64,000 nucleotides of DNA from Treponemataceae bacterium (GCA_963635625.1 CAVHGF010000001.1:6239-70238); one strand, 5' to 3'. Counted from the stretch's first letter, positions 19,928-31,110 are shown. Translations and numbers: made by a program. Notes: generated from the sequence alone by a model not told the origin.

Positions 19928-21868
19928 TTACATTTTTAGCAGAACCAATGCACATCTGCACGGTAAATACAACTTTAAAATATGATCCGTACACAAATGC
20001 TTCTCCGCCTGTTGAAGTCTTCCGAATCCGCCGAACTCCGCAGCATCTGAATCAAACTGCAGGACATATTCCCCGTCAGAAGCCTCAAATCCATAATTTT
20101 CATAGGAATACGACGGCGAAAAGTTGAGCGCAAAGATAGCATTTTGTCGTTTGAAAATCAAGACTTTTTTTTCTTCATCGGCACGAATCAATTCCAAAGG
20201 ATAATCCAAAATGCCTCTTGAACTCAGGAAATGCACGAACGCACCGTCAAAAGCCTGCAATCCTCCATATCTGAGCGCGGGATCATCCGCCAGAGACCAT
20301 TGGCGTCTGGCATATTTGTAAGACCATCCGTTCCCCTCCCGCGGAAAATCTATCCATTCGGGATGACCGAATTCGTTGCCCATAAAATTCAGATATCCGT
20401 TTCCCGCCGTTGCGGCCGTAAGAAGACGTATCATCTTATGCAGCGCTATTCCGCGGTCTATGACCAGATTCTCGCTCGCCTTGTCCATATGGAAATACAT
20501 CTCCTTATCCATCAGACGGAACGCTATGGTCTTGTCCCCTACCATAGCCTGGTCGTGACATTCCGCATAGCTTATGGTCTTTTCATCTTCACGCTTGCGC
20601 GTCAGCTCCCACCATATCTCTCCCATAGACCACTGTTCGTCAGAGCGTTCCTTTATCCATTTTATCCAATGGTCAGCCACGCCCATCGCCATCCTGTAAT
20701 CAAATCCCACACCTCCGGCATCAAGCGGAGCCGCAAGACCTGCCATTCCGCTCACGTCCTCGGCTATGGTGATGGCCGAAGGCTTGAGTTTATGGATAAG
20801 GATATTGGCCAATCCAAGATAAGTGACAGCGTTCTCATCCACTCCCGAATTGAAATACAGATCATAGTTTCCGAAATCTGTTCCAAGACCGTGGTCCCAA
20901 TATATCATAGACGTTACCCCGTCAAAGCGGAATCCGTCAAGATGATATTCCTCAAGCCAATATTTGCAGTTGCTCAAAAGGAAGTTCACGACTTCATCCT
21001 TACCATAATCGAAACATCTCGATCCCCACGCGGGATGGTATCCGGCACTTCCCTTATAAAAATAAAGGTCATCCTTCCCGTCGAAGCGGCTAAGCCCCTC
21101 CGCCTCATTGCTGACACTGTGCGAATGTACGATGTCCATCACGACGGCTATGCCTTCTCCGTGAGCCTCATCCACAAGACGTTTGAATTCTTCAGGCGTT
21201 CCGAAACGGCTGCTCAGTGCAAAGAAATTCGACACCTGATAGCCGAAACTGCCATAATACGGATGTTCCTGAAGGGCCATTATCTGTATGGTGTTATAAC
21301 CCAATTTCTTGACGCGCGGAAGAACAATTCTTCTAAAGTCGTCGAATGAAGCCACCTTCTCTTCCTGTGAGCACATCCCTATATGGCACTCGTAAATGAA
21401 CGGGGCGTCCTGACCGCGCGTGAACTCATTTTTCCACACGTACGGCTTTTCCGGATCCCAGACCTGCGCGCAGAAGGCCTTGGTCTCAGGGTCCTGGACG
21501 GCCCGCGTCACATAAGCGGGCAATCTTTCCGCACCGCCTCCGCTCCACTCTATCCACAACTTATACAACTCTCCGTGATGAAGACAGAAATCCGGAAGTC
21601 TCAATTCCCAGTTTCCATAGCCGACGGGAGTGAATGCATACGAGCGCACCCTTTTCCAGTTATTGCACTCTCCGATGAGATAAATCATATTCGCATTGGG
21701 AGCCCACTCGCGGAGGACCCACCCCTGCGAATCCTTATGAAGGCCATAATACAGATGGGAATTGGCATCGGAATGCTTCTCCCAGGCGTCAAGAATTCTG
21801 GCGTGTCTGCTCTCTATCGCATCCTTCCAGGGTTCGAGCCAGGGATCGGTCTCATATATCTTTTTCAT
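19928..21868 (-). CDS. glgB: 1,4-alpha-glucan branching enzyme (GH13)
   Basis: REWAPNA, IYECHIG, SFGYQV, DGFRFDGVTSM, IAEDVSG, YAECHDQ and FMGNEFGHPEW. Confidence 0.94.
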   Translation of the reverse strand: MKKIYETDPWLEPWKDAIESRHARILDAWEKHSDANSHLYYGLHKDSQGWVLREWAPNANMIYLIGECNNWKRVRSYAFTPVGYGNWELRLPDFCLHHGELYKLWIEWSGGGAERLPAYVTRAVQDPETKAFCAQVWDPEKPYVWKNEFTRGQDAPFIYECHIGMCSQEEKVASFDDFRRIVLPRVKKLGYNTIQIMALQEHPYYGSFGYQVSNFFALSSRFGTPEEFKRLVDEAHGEGIAVVMDIVHSHSVSNEAEGLSRFDGKDDLYFYKGSAGYHPAWGSRCFDYGKDEVVNFLLSNCKYWLEEYHLDGFRFDGVTSMIYWDHGLGTDFGNYDLYFNSGVDENAVTYLGLANILIHKLKPSAITIAEDVSGMAGLAAPLDAGGVGFDYRMAMGVADHWIKWIKERSDEQWSMGEIWWELTRKREDEKTISYAECHDQAMVGDKTIAFRLMDKEMYFHMDKASENLVIDRGIALHKMIRLLTAATAGNGYLNFMGNEFGHPEWIDFPREGNGWSYKYARRQWSLADDPALRYGGLQAFDGAFVHFLSSRGILDYPLELIRADEEKKVLIFKRQNAIFALNFSPSYSYENYGFEASDGEYVLQFDSDAAEFGGFGRLQQAEKHLCTDHILKLYLPCRCALVLLKM

Positions 21869-21905
21869 AATCAAGACAATTGGTTATTATACCCTCAAAG
21901 GTAAT

Positions 21906-21938
21906 AAAAAAAGGGCAAATCCTTTCGGATTCACCCTT
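21906..21938 (-). terminator. Intrinsic terminator after dnaK
   Basis: Minus strand AAGGGTGAATCC-GAAA-GGATTTGCCCTT followed by a T run. Confidence 0.85.
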
Positions 21939-21956
21939 AAAAATATCCGTGACGAA

Positions 21957-23864
21957 TTATTGCTCATCCGGAGTGTCACCTCCCTGAGGACCATAATCCG
22001 GACCTCCCTGAGGGCCACCCTGATTATTGTCCGGGCCCTGAGGACCGGCCTGAGTTCCTGCACCCTGACCCGCCATAGAAGAATAAACCTCTCCCATAAC
22101 TTTGTTGAGTTCTTCGGAATATCTGTCTATGTCTGCGACATTCTGATTCTTGACAGCCTCCTTGAGAGAATTCAGAGGGCTTTCAAGAGCGGACTTCTTG
22201 TCTGCAGGCACTTTGTCACCGTTATCCTTGAGGAATTTCTCAACCTGGAAGCAAAGAGCGTCGGCATTGTTGATCTTGTCAACCCTTTCCTTCTCAGCCT
22301 TATCGGCAGCTTCATTGGCCTTGGCCTCGTCCCTCATCCTCTGAATCTCTTCATCTGAAAGACCGGATGAAGCCTCGATACGTATCTTCTGCTCCTTGCC
22401 AGTAGCCTTGTCCTTAGCGGAAACAGAGAGAATACCGTTGGTATCTATATCGAATGACACTTCAATCTGAGGTATTCCACGAGGAGCCGGAGCGATTCCG
22501 TCAAGATGGAACACACCTATCTGCTTGTTATCCTTGGCCATAGGACGTTCTCCCTGAAGAACTCTGATCTCCACTGAAGGCTGATTGTCCGCAGCCGTAG
22601 AGAAAACCTGATCCTTGTGTACAGGAATGGTCGTGTTGGACTCGATGAGTTTGGTCATCACACCGCCGAGGGTCTCGATACCAAGTGAAAGAGGTGTCAC
22701 ATCAAGCAGGAGGACATCCTTCACATCACCAGCAAGCACACCGCCCTGGATGGCCGCACCGATAGCGACGACCTCGTCCGGATTCACGCTCTTGTTAGGC
22801 TCCTTGCCGAAGAATTCCTTGACAAGCTCCTGCACCTTAGGGATACGTGTAGAACCGCCCACAAGGATAACCTCATCTATCTGGGATGCAGAAAGTTTCG
22901 CATCTTCCAAAGCCTTGCGGCAAGGTTCGATGCTCCTGCGGAACAGATCGTCACAGAGCGCCTCGAATTTGGCACGTGAAAGAGTCTTGACCAAGTGCTT
23001 AGGCATACCGTCGACAGCCGTGATGTAAGGCAGGTTGATCTCTGCCGAGCTCTGGTTGGAAAGTTCTATCTTCGCCTTTTCGGCTGCCTCTTTCAAACGC
23101 TGAAGCGCCATAGGGTCCTTCTTGAGGTCGACTCCGCCGTTCTCTGATGCGAACTCGCTTGCCAGCCACTCTATGATGGCGTGATCGAAATCATCACCTC
23201 CGAGGTGCGTATCACCGTTAGTTGACTTTACTTCAAATACACCGTCGCCGAGTTCAAGAATAGAGATATCGAAAGTACCGCCGCCAAGGTCGTACACAGC
23301 CACCTTCATATTCTTGTTCTTCTTATCCAGACCATAAGCCAATGCAGCGGCGGTAGGCTCGTTGATGATACGTTTCACATCGAGGCCCGCTATCTTACCG
23401 GCTTCCTTGGTAGCCTGACGCTGAGAGTCTGAAAAATACGCAGGCACAGTAATGACTGCTTCAGTGACTTCCTGACGGAGATATTCTTCTGCCGTTTTCT
23501 TCATCTTCTGAAGAATGATGGCGGATATCTCCTGAGGAGAATATTGTTTGCCGTTAATCTGAACACGCGGAGTGTTGTTCTCACCGCGAACCACATCATA
23601 AGGAACTCTTTCGATCTCCTTGCCTACCCTGTCGTAAGTCTCACCCATAAATCTCTTGATGGAGAAGATGGTGTTCTTCGGATTCGTGACGGCCTGACGC
23701 TTGGCGGTATCACCCACCTTACGTTCACCGTTGTCCGTAAAAGCTACGATTGAAGGTGTAGTGCGATGACCTTCATTATTGATGATGACGGTAGGCTGGT
23801 TACCTTCCATCACAGCGACACAAGAGTTTGTCGTTCCTAAGTCGATTCCTATAATCTTTCCCAT
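21957..23864 (-). CDS. dnaK: Chaperone DnaK (Hsp70)
   Basis: [31 protein letters not shown] and [13 protein letters not shown]. Confidence 0.98.
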   Translation of the reverse strand: MGKIIGIDLGTTNSCVAVMEGNQPTVIINNEGHRTTPSIVAFTDNGERKVGDTAKRQAVTNPKNTIFSIKRFMGETYDRVGKEIERVPYDVVRGENNTPRVQINGKQYSPQEISAIILQKMKKTAEEYLRQEVTEAVITVPAYFSDSQRQATKEAGKIAGLDVKRIINEPTAAALAYGLDKKNKNMKVAVYDLGGGTFDISILELGDGVFEVKSTNGDTHLGGDDFDHAIIEWLASEFASENGGVDLKKDPMALQRLKEAAEKAKIELSNQSSAEINLPYITAVDGMPKHLVKTLSRAKFEALCDDLFRRSIEPCRKALEDAKLSASQIDEVILVGGSTRIPKVQELVKEFFGKEPNKSVNPDEVVAIGAAIQGGVLAGDVKDVLLLDVTPLSLGIETLGGVMTKLIESNTTIPVHKDQVFSTAADNQPSVEIRVLQGERPMAKDNKQIGVFHLDGIAPAPRGIPQIEVSFDIDTNGILSVSAKDKATGKEQKIRIEASSGLSDEEIQRMRDEAKANEAADKAEKERVDKINNADALCFQVEKFLKDNGDKVPADKKSALESPLNSLKEAVKNQNVADIDRYSEELNKVMGEVYSSMAGQGAGTQAGPQGPDNNQGGPQGGPDYGPQGGDTPDEQ

Positions 23865-23932
23865 AATTGTATATATTTTTATTTTCTTCGTTTAATTCCG
23901 TGTACCCTTTCGGATACGACCGTCTCTTCTTC

Positions 23933-23980
23933 CAAGAATGTGCCACGCCCGAAATTGTGACATTTTGTCAAATCTCGAGA
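23933..23980 (-). promoter_or_regulatory. Candidate dnaK regulatory region: TGACA-N3-TGTCA palindrome plus TGGCAC-N4-TTG element
   Basis: Minus strand TGACAAAATGTCA (23980-23968), then TGGCACATTCTTG (23945-23933), about 70 nt upstream of the dnaK ATG. Confidence 0.5.
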
Positions 23981-24057
23981 ATACTTGTTATACTCAAAAA
24001 AAATACTTATATTCGCAACACTATATGTAAAATCGTAATAAAAAGCATAACAGACTT

Positions 24058-24663
24058 ATGAAACTTACCAAAATCATCACCGTTGCAGGACTTGTAGTTC
24101 TCGTGGCACTCGGAACTTCTTGCCAGTCAAAAAAGGCTAAAGAAGCAGCAGAAAAAGCAGCTGCAGAGCAGGCAGCAGCAGCAAAAGCGGCAGCAGAAGC
24201 AGCAGCAAAAGCTAAAGCAGCACGTGTTTTCGAACTTTCCGACGCAGTTAAAGCCGTTGCAGGAGAGCTTGTAGCAGAAGATGCAGAGAGTTACAAACAG
24301 GCCGTAAAAGATGTCATAGCACAGACTCCTTATGGCTCACAGACATTTGCACTTCCTGTCGCAAGTGTCACCTATTCTAAAGAAAGATGCGACCTTAACG
24401 AAAGTACCAAGGCTCTTCTTCAGGAGTTCCTCAACGTATACAACTCTACGGACAAAACGGCTGTCATCCTTATCGAGCCTTATGCTGATGACACTAAAGA
24501 CAAAGAATACAACAAGGCTATAGCCGTTGAAAGAGCAAATCTTGTCCGCAACTGGCTGTATGCATATCAGGTTCCTGCAAGAAACGTCAAGGTAGTCTGC
24601 CCTTGCAAGGCCAAGAAAATCGACTCAAGCAAGCTCAGAGTCAACGTTTCCATCGCAGAATAA
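24058..24663 (+). CDS. OmpA-family lipoprotein with Ala/Lys-rich stalk
   Basis: Lipobox GTSC, an AK-rich helix, and a divergent OmpA_C-like segment ILIEPYADD..EYNKAIAVERANLVRNWL. Confidence 0.72.
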   Translation: MKLTKIITVAGLVVLVALGTSCQSKKAKEAAEKAAAEQAAAAKAAAEAAAKAKAARVFELSDAVKAVAGELVAEDAESYKQAVKDVIAQTPYGSQTFALPVASVTYSKERCDLNESTKALLQEFLNVYNSTDKTAVILIEPYADDTKDKEYNKAIAVERANLVRNWLYAYQVPARNVKVVCPCKAKKIDSSKLRVNVSIAE

Positions 24664-24673
24664 TCATCTTCGG

Positions 24674-25423
24674 ATGGAATACAGATCATTATCTGAAACT
24701 GAAATCCGGGACCTCAAGTCCCGGATTCTTTTTGAGGACAACCACCTGCTTATCTTCAACAAGAAACCGGGAGAAATCGTACAGGGGGACAAGACAGGCG
24801 ATGAATGTCTCGCGCAAACGCTCAAAGCCTACATCGCAGCAAGAGACAACAAGCCCGGAAAAGTCTTTATGGGCGTACCGCATCGTCTGGACCGCCCCGT
24901 AAGCGGGGTCTGCATATTTGCCAAGACATCCAAAGCGCTTGGCAGGCTCAATGAAATGTTCCGATCTTCCGATATGCATAAGACATATTGGGCCCTATGC
25001 TGCGGACGACCCGAAACCGAAAAGGGAGAACTGCAGGATTATCTCTGGCGTAACGAGAAGCAGAACAAGAGCTACATATGCGACGGGAACAGGCAGGATG
25101 CCAAATTGGCCCGTCTGAGATATCGTCTCATAGGCGAAAGCGACAGGTATTATCTTATAGAGGTGGAACTTCTGACAGGCCGGCATCATCAGATACGATG
25201 TCAACTCTCCGGAATGGGATGTACCATAAAGGGGGATCTGAAATATGGAGCACCGCGTTCCAACCAGGACGGAGGAATATGCCTTCACGCCAGAGAAATA
25301 AAGTTTGTCCATCCTGTCAAAAAAGAGGAACTTGACATCATAGCCCCTATTCTTTCTTCGTGGGGAAAAATCGCAGACGCTGCGGTTGGGAGAGTTCCGC
25401 AAGATACTCACTTGGGCACATAG
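24674..25423 (+). CDS. RluA family RNA pseudouridine synthase
   Basis: LFEDNHLLIFNKKPG, HRLDRPVSG, TGRHHQIR, GDLKYG and LHA. Confidence 0.93.
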   Translation: MEYRSLSETEIRDLKSRILFEDNHLLIFNKKPGEIVQGDKTGDECLAQTLKAYIAARDNKPGKVFMGVPHRLDRPVSGVCIFAKTSKALGRLNEMFRSSDMHKTYWALCCGRPETEKGELQDYLWRNEKQNKSYICDGNRQDAKLARLRYRLIGESDRYYLIEVELLTGRHHQIRCQLSGMGCTIKGDLKYGAPRSNQDGGICLHAREIKFVHPVKKEELDIIAPILSSWGKIADAAVGRVPQDTHLGT

Positions 25424-25814
25424 ATGTCACTGACTTGAACCACGTATTGAACGACGGTATGGAATTGAATCCGGACTGACGGGCTACTTCACTGAGCCGC
25501 ATTCTGGGTTCTTTTTTTATAAGCTGAATCGCGTACTGTACCCTGTAATTGTTTATAAACGGTCTGAAATTAGTCTTCCCTATCCGGCTCAGACATTTGG
25601 ACGTGGTCGTCTTCGGTGCACATATCATAGAAGAAAGATCCTGTATGGAGAAATCTCCGTCCAGATATGGCTGCTGCTCCTCCATCGCCTTTTCTATTTT
25701 CGAATAGAGTTTCTTCATTTTCTGCATATCATCCTTCAGGCAGGAAACCCCTCCCCTGCCAGCCGTTTTAGTTTTAGGTCTCCCTATGATTCTTCTCAAG
25801 AACAGCAGTCTCAT
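25347..25814 (-). CDS. Stand-alone AraC-type HTH protein
   Basis: PYLDGDFSIQDL, NFRPFINNYRV, VARQSGFNS..SFNTWFK...PSEY; TATATTTG promoter box upstream. Confidence 0.8.
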   Translation of the reverse strand: MRLLFLRRIIGRPKTKTAGRGGVSCLKDDMQKMKKLYSKIEKAMEEQQPYLDGDFSIQDLSSMICAPKTTTSKCLSRIGKTNFRPFINNYRVQYAIQLIKKEPRMRLSEVARQSGFNSIPSFNTWFKSVTSMCPSEYLAELSQPQRLRFFPTKKE

Positions 25815-25853
25815 TTTACTTAAAATTTAAGATCAAGCATAACAAATATACTT

Positions 25854-25890
25854 AAAAAAGCCCGCTCGGAAGCATCCGGACGGGCTTTTT
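25854..25890. terminator. Intrinsic terminator after the yitT genes (A/T runs on both sides)
   Basis: AAAAAAGCCCGCTCGGA-AGCA-TCCGGACGGGCTTTTT hairpin. Confidence 0.8.
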
Positions 25891-25919
25891 AGAGACTTTG
25901 TGACGAAATGTATTTTAAA

Positions 25920-26852
25920 CTATTTTTTTCGTCCTGTTTTTATTGACTCGAATCCTTTTCCATAAACCCCCGTTACAGACGACACAGACAGGAATGCGTC
26001 AGGATCTATTGACTTTATGTAACGTAAAAGTATGTTCAGGTCATACTTTCTTGCGAGCACCATCAAAACTTCCGTAGGTTCCTTGGTATACCAGCCCATT
26101 CCATTGAGGACGGTGACTCCGCGATGAAGATCCTTGGTTATGGCATCGGCAAGCTCGACGTGTTTCTTCGAAAGAATTACCAATTGGACACTCTGCTTCG
26201 AACCGGAGATTATCATATCCAGCACCGTACTGTTGACCGCGATGAGAATGAAGCCGTACACACAGGTAGTGATCTTCTCGTTGAACTGCATCACTCCTCC
26301 GTCCGTGGTCTGCATAGGGACGAACATAGAGGACAGGATGATGACCACGTCCATTGCCAGAATCATACGGCCCGGTGACACGTTGCGATATTTGTTCACG
26401 ATAAGCGCAATGATGTCCGTGCCTCCGGTGCTTCCTCCCTGAGACATACACAAGCCTATTCCGCAACCGGCCATAAGTCCTCCCATTATGGAACTCATCA
26501 ACTTTCCGTTCTCGACAGCCAGCATCTGACAGATATCGGCAGGAATGATAGATTGAAACAGGTTCAGACCCACCGACGCAATGATGATGGCATATATGGT
26601 CTTGAAGCCGAACTTGTTGCCGAGGATGAACATCGCTATTATCAGCAGAACGACATTGACCACGAAATAGGTGTAACCCATCTTAATGGCTCCGTGCGTA
26701 AAATATTGTACCACAGAGGCTAAACCGGACACTCCGCCACCCACCAACTGATTCGGAACGAGAAACACGCTCCATCCTATTATATAAAGGAGCATACCAA
26801 GAGTAATGATTGAATACTCTTTGAGAACCCTGAACACTGCTTTAGTCGACAT
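25920..26852 (-). CDS. YitT family membrane protein (paralog 1)
   Basis: GGGVSG, GGSTGGTDIIA, RGVTVL.G.GWYT and IDPDAF...VYGKGF. Confidence 0.9.
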   Translation of the reverse strand: MSTKAVFRVLKEYSIITLGMLLYIIGWSVFLVPNQLVGGGVSGLASVVQYFTHGAIKMGYTYFVVNVVLLIIAMFILGNKFGFKTIYAIIIASVGLNLFQSIIPADICQMLAVENGKLMSSIMGGLMAGCGIGLCMSQGGSTGGTDIIALIVNKYRNVSPGRMILAMDVVIILSSMFVPMQTTDGGVMQFNEKITTCVYGFILIAVNSTVLDMIISGSKQSVQLVILSKKHVELADAITKDLHRGVTVLNGMGWYTKEPTEVLMVLARKYDLNILLRYIKSIDPDAFLSVSSVTGVYGKGFESIKTGRKK

Positions 26853-27771
26853 CTTTCTTCATTATCTTTTTTCTATCAATTCCCGTTTTGATCTCCTCGA
26901 AGCCTTCACCATAGACATTGTTCGTAGGAGAAACGCTCATAAATGCACGCGGGTCCAACTTCTTTATCTCCCTCATAAGAGGATGCAGTTCATTACGCCC
27001 GATAAGAATCAGAAGAATATCCTTGTCCTGCTTGGTGTACCATCCCTGAGCCCTGAGCACGGTCACCCCCCGGTTCATATCATTTATGATGTGGTCGGCG
27101 ATTTCCTTATATTTCTGCGAGAACACGAACAGCTGGCAGGAACTCTTCTTTCCGCCCACGATCACGTCCACAAGCAGAGAGAACGCTATAATCTCCTCTA
27201 TGCCATAGATCATATCCGTGAACATACGGCCCGGCAGGAACAGAATCATCCCCACGATGATCAAGTCCATAATCATAAAGGCCGCGCTCAATGACACGGG
27301 CCAATATTTATTGATCATTATCGCTATGATGTCCGTACCTCCGGTACTTCCTCCGGTTCTTATGACTAGCCCTATTCCCAAAGCCTCCAGACAGCCGGCT
27401 ATGACAGGGACCAGAACCTTGTCCTGTACGTAAAAGAACTCTCCCGGAGCGCAATGCAGGAACGGCAGATCAGCCACCAGCTCCATCATCAAGGTACTCA
27501 CCAATATGCAATATATCGTCTTGAATCCGAAGCCGATGCCCATAGCAACCATAGCTATGAGGATCAAAACTATATTTATGACCACATAAGTGTATTGGGC
27601 CGGTATAAGGCCTCCGGTAGCGTATTGAATGACAGTAGAAAGACCCATCATACCTCCGGCGGATATGCCGCAAGGAATCATAAAGCCTTCCCACGCAAAA
27701 GCAAACACGAAGCACGCGAATGTAAGAACCGCGTACTCCTTCACTTTAGTTTCAACCTTTTTTACATCCAT
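26842..27771 (-). CDS. YitT family membrane protein (paralog 2)
   Basis: GGSTGGTDIIA, RGVTVL..QGWYT and LDPRAF...VYGEGF. Confidence 0.9.
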   Translation of the reverse strand: MDVKKVETKVKEYAVLTFACFVFAFAWEGFMIPCGISAGGMMGLSTVIQYATGGLIPAQYTYVVINIVLILIAMVAMGIGFGFKTIYCILVSTLMMELVADLPFLHCAPGEFFYVQDKVLVPVIAGCLEALGIGLVIRTGGSTGGTDIIAIMINKYWPVSLSAAFMIMDLIIVGMILFLPGRMFTDMIYGIEEIIAFSLLVDVIVGGKKSSCQLFVFSQKYKEIADHIINDMNRGVTVLRAQGWYTKQDKDILLILIGRNELHPLMREIKKLDPRAFMSVSPTNNVYGEGFEEIKTGIDRKKIMKKDVD

Positions 27772-30500
27772 TATTTTACGACTATATTGATTATTCTGCC
27801 TGGTACGACGATCACTTTCACAATCTGTCCGCCTGCGACATACTTGGCAGTCTGCGGATTCTGACGAACCTCCGCCTCCACCTGAGCGGGAGAAAGGGAC
27901 TTGGCAAGTTCCACGGTAAAACGCATCTTTCCGTTGAACTGTACAGGATAGGTGACGTTGTTTTCTATGGTATAAGCCTCCACATACTCAGGGAACTGTG
28001 CTTTGCAGACACTTTCCTTATGACCGAGCGCCTCCCAAAGTTCCTCTGCGATATGCGGAGCGAAAGGAGAAAGAAGAATTACAAGAGGAGTAAGAATCTC
28101 TCTCTTATGACATTCTCCAAGTTCCGAAAGTGCTATCATAAAAGCACTTATGGTAGTATTATACGAAAAGGCCTCTATATCGGTCTGCTCCTTTCCTATG
28201 AGTTTGTGAAGAGCTTTGAGTTCGGCCGGTGTAGCCTTTTCATCATTAACCAGGAATTTGTCCGCATCGTAGAACAGCCTCCAGAATTTCTTCAGGAAGC
28301 GGTTCACACCGTCTATTCCTTTCGTATCCCACGGCTTGCTCTGTTCTATAGGACCGAGGAACATCTCGTAAAGACGGAGAGTGTCAGCGCCATAAGAATC
28401 ACAGACATCATCAGGATTCACGACATTGAACATACTCTTGCTCATTTTCTCTATGGCCCAGCCGCAGACATACTCACCATTCTCCAGAATGAACTCGGCA
28501 TCGGCATATTCTTCACGCCAAGCCTTGAACGCACCTATATCCAGCTTGTCATTATGCACGATGTTCACATCCACGTGGATTTCTGTGGTCTCGTAACTGT
28601 CCTTCAGGCCAAACGAGACGAAGGTGTTGGTCCCGACGATCCTGTACACAAAATTCGACCGTCCCTGTATCATTCCCTGATTGATAAGCTTCTCGAAAGG
28701 CTCATCCTTGCATACATATCCCAGATCATAGAGGAATTTGTTCCAGAATCTCGAATAGATCAAGTGTCCGGTAGCGTGTTCCGTGCCTCCGACATAAAGG
28801 TCCACGGACTTCCAGTACTCGTCCACGTCTTTGGCCACAAGAGCGTTGTCATTGTGCGGATCCATATAACGCAGATAATATGCGGACGATCCCGCGAATC
28901 CGGGCATAGTGCTGGTCTCAAGCGGATATCCCTTATATGTCCAGTCCTTGGCCCTGGCGAGAGGCGGTTCCCCCGTAGCGGAAGGTTTGAAAGAATCTAT
29001 CTGCGGAAGAGTTATAGGAAGGTCCTTCTCCTCCACTGGCGTGGCGATTCCATCCTTATAATATATAGGGAACGGCTCTCCCCAATACCTCTGACGCGAG
29101 AATATGGCATCACGCAGACGGTAATTCACCTTCCTGCGGCCAAGCCCCTTCTCTTCCACATAATCCTTGGCCAATTCTATGGCCTCCTCCACACTTTTAC
29201 CGTTCAGGAAACCGCTGTTGCACATCACGCCGGACTTGGCGTCAAAAGAAGATTCGCTCACGTCGCACCCCTCGATAAGAGGAATTATCGGCAGGCCGAA
29301 TTTCTTGGCGAAGGCATAGTCCCTGCTGTCGTGAGCAGGCACAGCCATTATGGCTCCTGTCCCGTAACCTGCAAGCACATACTCGCTTATCCAGATCGGA
29401 ACCTTCTCTCCGGTAAGAGGATTGATTCCATAAGATCCTGAGAACACGCCGGTCACGCTCTTTGTCTGGGATATTCTCTCACGCTCCGTCTTCTTCTTGA
29501 CTTCCTTGACATATTCTTCCACAGCAGTCTTCTGATCTGCGGAAGTAAGAGAAGCCACCAATTCACTTTCGGGGGCAAGCACCATAAAGGTGACTCCGAA
29601 AATGGTGTCCGCCCTGGTTGTGAAAATCGTAACCGGAAGTTCGCGTCCGTCACAGATGGTGTTGAACACGACCTCCGTGCCTTCGGATTTGCCTATCCAG
29701 TTGCGCTGCATCTCCTTCAGCGAATCCGTCCAATCCACCCTGTCCAAACCCTCGAGAAGTCTCTCGGCATAAGCGGAAACTCTCAGCTGCCACTGCTTCA
29801 TCTTCTTCTGCTCCACCGGAAATCCGCCACGCACGCTAAGTCCGTCCTTGACTTCATCATTGGCAAGCACAGTCCCGAGGCCCTCGCACCAATTCACCGA
29901 TGTTTCTCCTTGATATGCAATACGATAACGCATCAAGGCGGATTCCTTCTGTGCGTTTGAATATGACTTCCAATCCTGCGCCGTGATGCCGTCATACCCG
30001 GTTGTTTCGAACCTACGCACAAGCTCCTTTATAGGGCGCGCCTTTTTCAAATCCGGATCATACCAGCTGGAGAACATCTTAAGGAAGGCCCACTGCGTCC
30101 ATTTGTAGAATTTCGGATCGCAGGTGCGCACTTCCCTGGACCAGTCATAAGAAAAACCTATGCGGTCCAACTGTTCGCGATATCTGGCGGCATTGACGTT
30201 CGTGGTAATCTCCGGATGCTGACCCGTCTGAATCGCATACTGCTCGGCAGGAAGACCGAAGGCGTCATATCCCATAGGATGAAGGACATTGAAGCCTTTC
30301 AACCTTTTATAACGGGAATAAATGTCACTCGCGATATATCCGAGCGGATGTCCTACGTGAAGTCCGGCTCCGGAAGGATACGGAAACATATCCAAAACAT
30401 AATATTTAGGCTTCGACGTATCCTCGACCACCTTATAGGTCCCTTCAGCGGCCCATTTCTCCTGCCACTTCTTTTCTATTTTCTTAAAATCGTATTCCAT
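27771..30500 (-). CDS. leuS: Leucine--tRNA ligase
   Basis: [33 protein letters not shown] and KMSKS; ATG at 30500 (alternative GTG at 30506). Confidence 0.97.
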   Translation of the reverse strand: MEYDFKKIEKKWQEKWAAEGTYKVVEDTSKPKYYVLDMFPYPSGAGLHVGHPLGYIASDIYSRYKRLKGFNVLHPMGYDAFGLPAEQYAIQTGQHPEITTNVNAARYREQLDRIGFSYDWSREVRTCDPKFYKWTQWAFLKMFSSWYDPDLKKARPIKELVRRFETTGYDGITAQDWKSYSNAQKESALMRYRIAYQGETSVNWCEGLGTVLANDEVKDGLSVRGGFPVEQKKMKQWQLRVSAYAERLLEGLDRVDWTDSLKEMQRNWIGKSEGTEVVFNTICDGRELPVTIFTTRADTIFGVTFMVLAPESELVASLTSADQKTAVEEYVKEVKKKTERERISQTKSVTGVFSGSYGINPLTGEKVPIWISEYVLAGYGTGAIMAVPAHDSRDYAFAKKFGLPIIPLIEGCDVSESSFDAKSGVMCNSGFLNGKSVEEAIELAKDYVEEKGLGRRKVNYRLRDAIFSRQRYWGEPFPIYYKDGIATPVEEKDLPITLPQIDSFKPSATGEPPLARAKDWTYKGYPLETSTMPGFAGSSAYYLRYMDPHNDNALVAKDVDEYWKSVDLYVGGTEHATGHLIYSRFWNKFLYDLGYVCKDEPFEKLINQGMIQGRSNFVYRIVGTNTFVSFGLKDSYETTEIHVDVNIVHNDKLDIGAFKAWREEYADAEFILENGEYVCGWAIEKMSKSMFNVVNPDDVCDSYGADTLRLYEMFLGPIEQSKPWDTKGIDGVNRFLKKFWRLFYDADKFLVNDEKATPAELKALHKLIGKEQTDIEAFSYNTTISAFMIALSELGECHKREILTPLVILLSPFAPHIAEELWEALGHKESVCKAQFPEYVEAYTIENNVTYPVQFNGKMRFTVELAKSLSPAQVEAEVRQNPQTAKYVAGGQIVKVIVVPGRIINIVVK

Positions 30501-30509
30501 ATCCACGTT

Positions 30510-31034
30510 TTATTTTGCGATCAATACACAAGCGTCTGCCGGGCAGAATCCCTCCTGTTTCACAGTGGCATAGGCATCTATCGCCTGGGCCAATTCGTTG
30601 CACGGAAGCAGTCCGACAGAGACAAGTCCGTTGGAATATTCCAAAAGGACAGGATCATAACCCGCCTGTCTTGCATCCGACAGCATCTTATTGAGGGTAG
30701 GTTTCTTACGGTATGTACCCACCACCACATAATAAGTGTATTCCGGCGTCTGCTTCAGCGAACTGTTGGTATGAGTATATGCAAATGGCACATTCAGGCG
30801 TCCGTGCCTTTTGACCATCTGATATTCAGGCTCTTTCTCCACAGTCGCAAGCTCCTCGACAGCCGGCTCTTCCTGCGGCTGCTCCTCCTGCAGCGCCTGC
30901 TTGTCGGCGGCTTTCTGCTGAACTGACTTTATCTGCTCGGAAGTGGGTCTTCCGGCCAATGAACGCAGCGCATCACAGGATGAAACACTGAAAACCAAAG
31001 TACAAAGGATAAACGGCAAAAGAACTTTTCTCAT
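30510..31034 (-). CDS. SPOR-domain-like lipoprotein
   Basis: Lipobox VSSC; C-terminal YYVVVGTY...GYDPVLL...DACVL resembles a SPOR domain. Confidence 0.65.
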   Translation of the reverse strand: MRKVLLPFILCTLVFSVSSCDALRSLAGRPTSEQIKSVQQKAADKQALQEEQPQEEPAVEELATVEKEPEYQMVKRHGRLNVPFAYTHTNSSLKQTPEYTYYVVVGTYRKKPTLNKMLSDARQAGYDPVLLEYSNGLVSVGLLPCNELAQAIDAYATVKQEGFCPADACVLIAK

Positions 31035-31098
31035 ACAAACACTTCGACTAACGTTAAAAACTTACAAAAATAATAAGAATCGCAGACAAAAAAAATGA

Positions 31099-31106
31099 TA
31101 ACTTTG
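31099..31106 (+). promoter_or_regulatory. -7 box TAACTTTG, 4 nt before the phoH ATG
   Basis: Exact TAnnTTTG match. Confidence 0.7.
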
Positions 31107-31110
31107 CACT

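Noticed and set aside
21960..22075. Repeated CCCTGAGG/GPQG units at the dnaK 3' end
   Set aside because: In-frame low-complexity Gly/Pro/Gln tail typical of Hsp70 proteins; not a CRISPR or mobile repeat.
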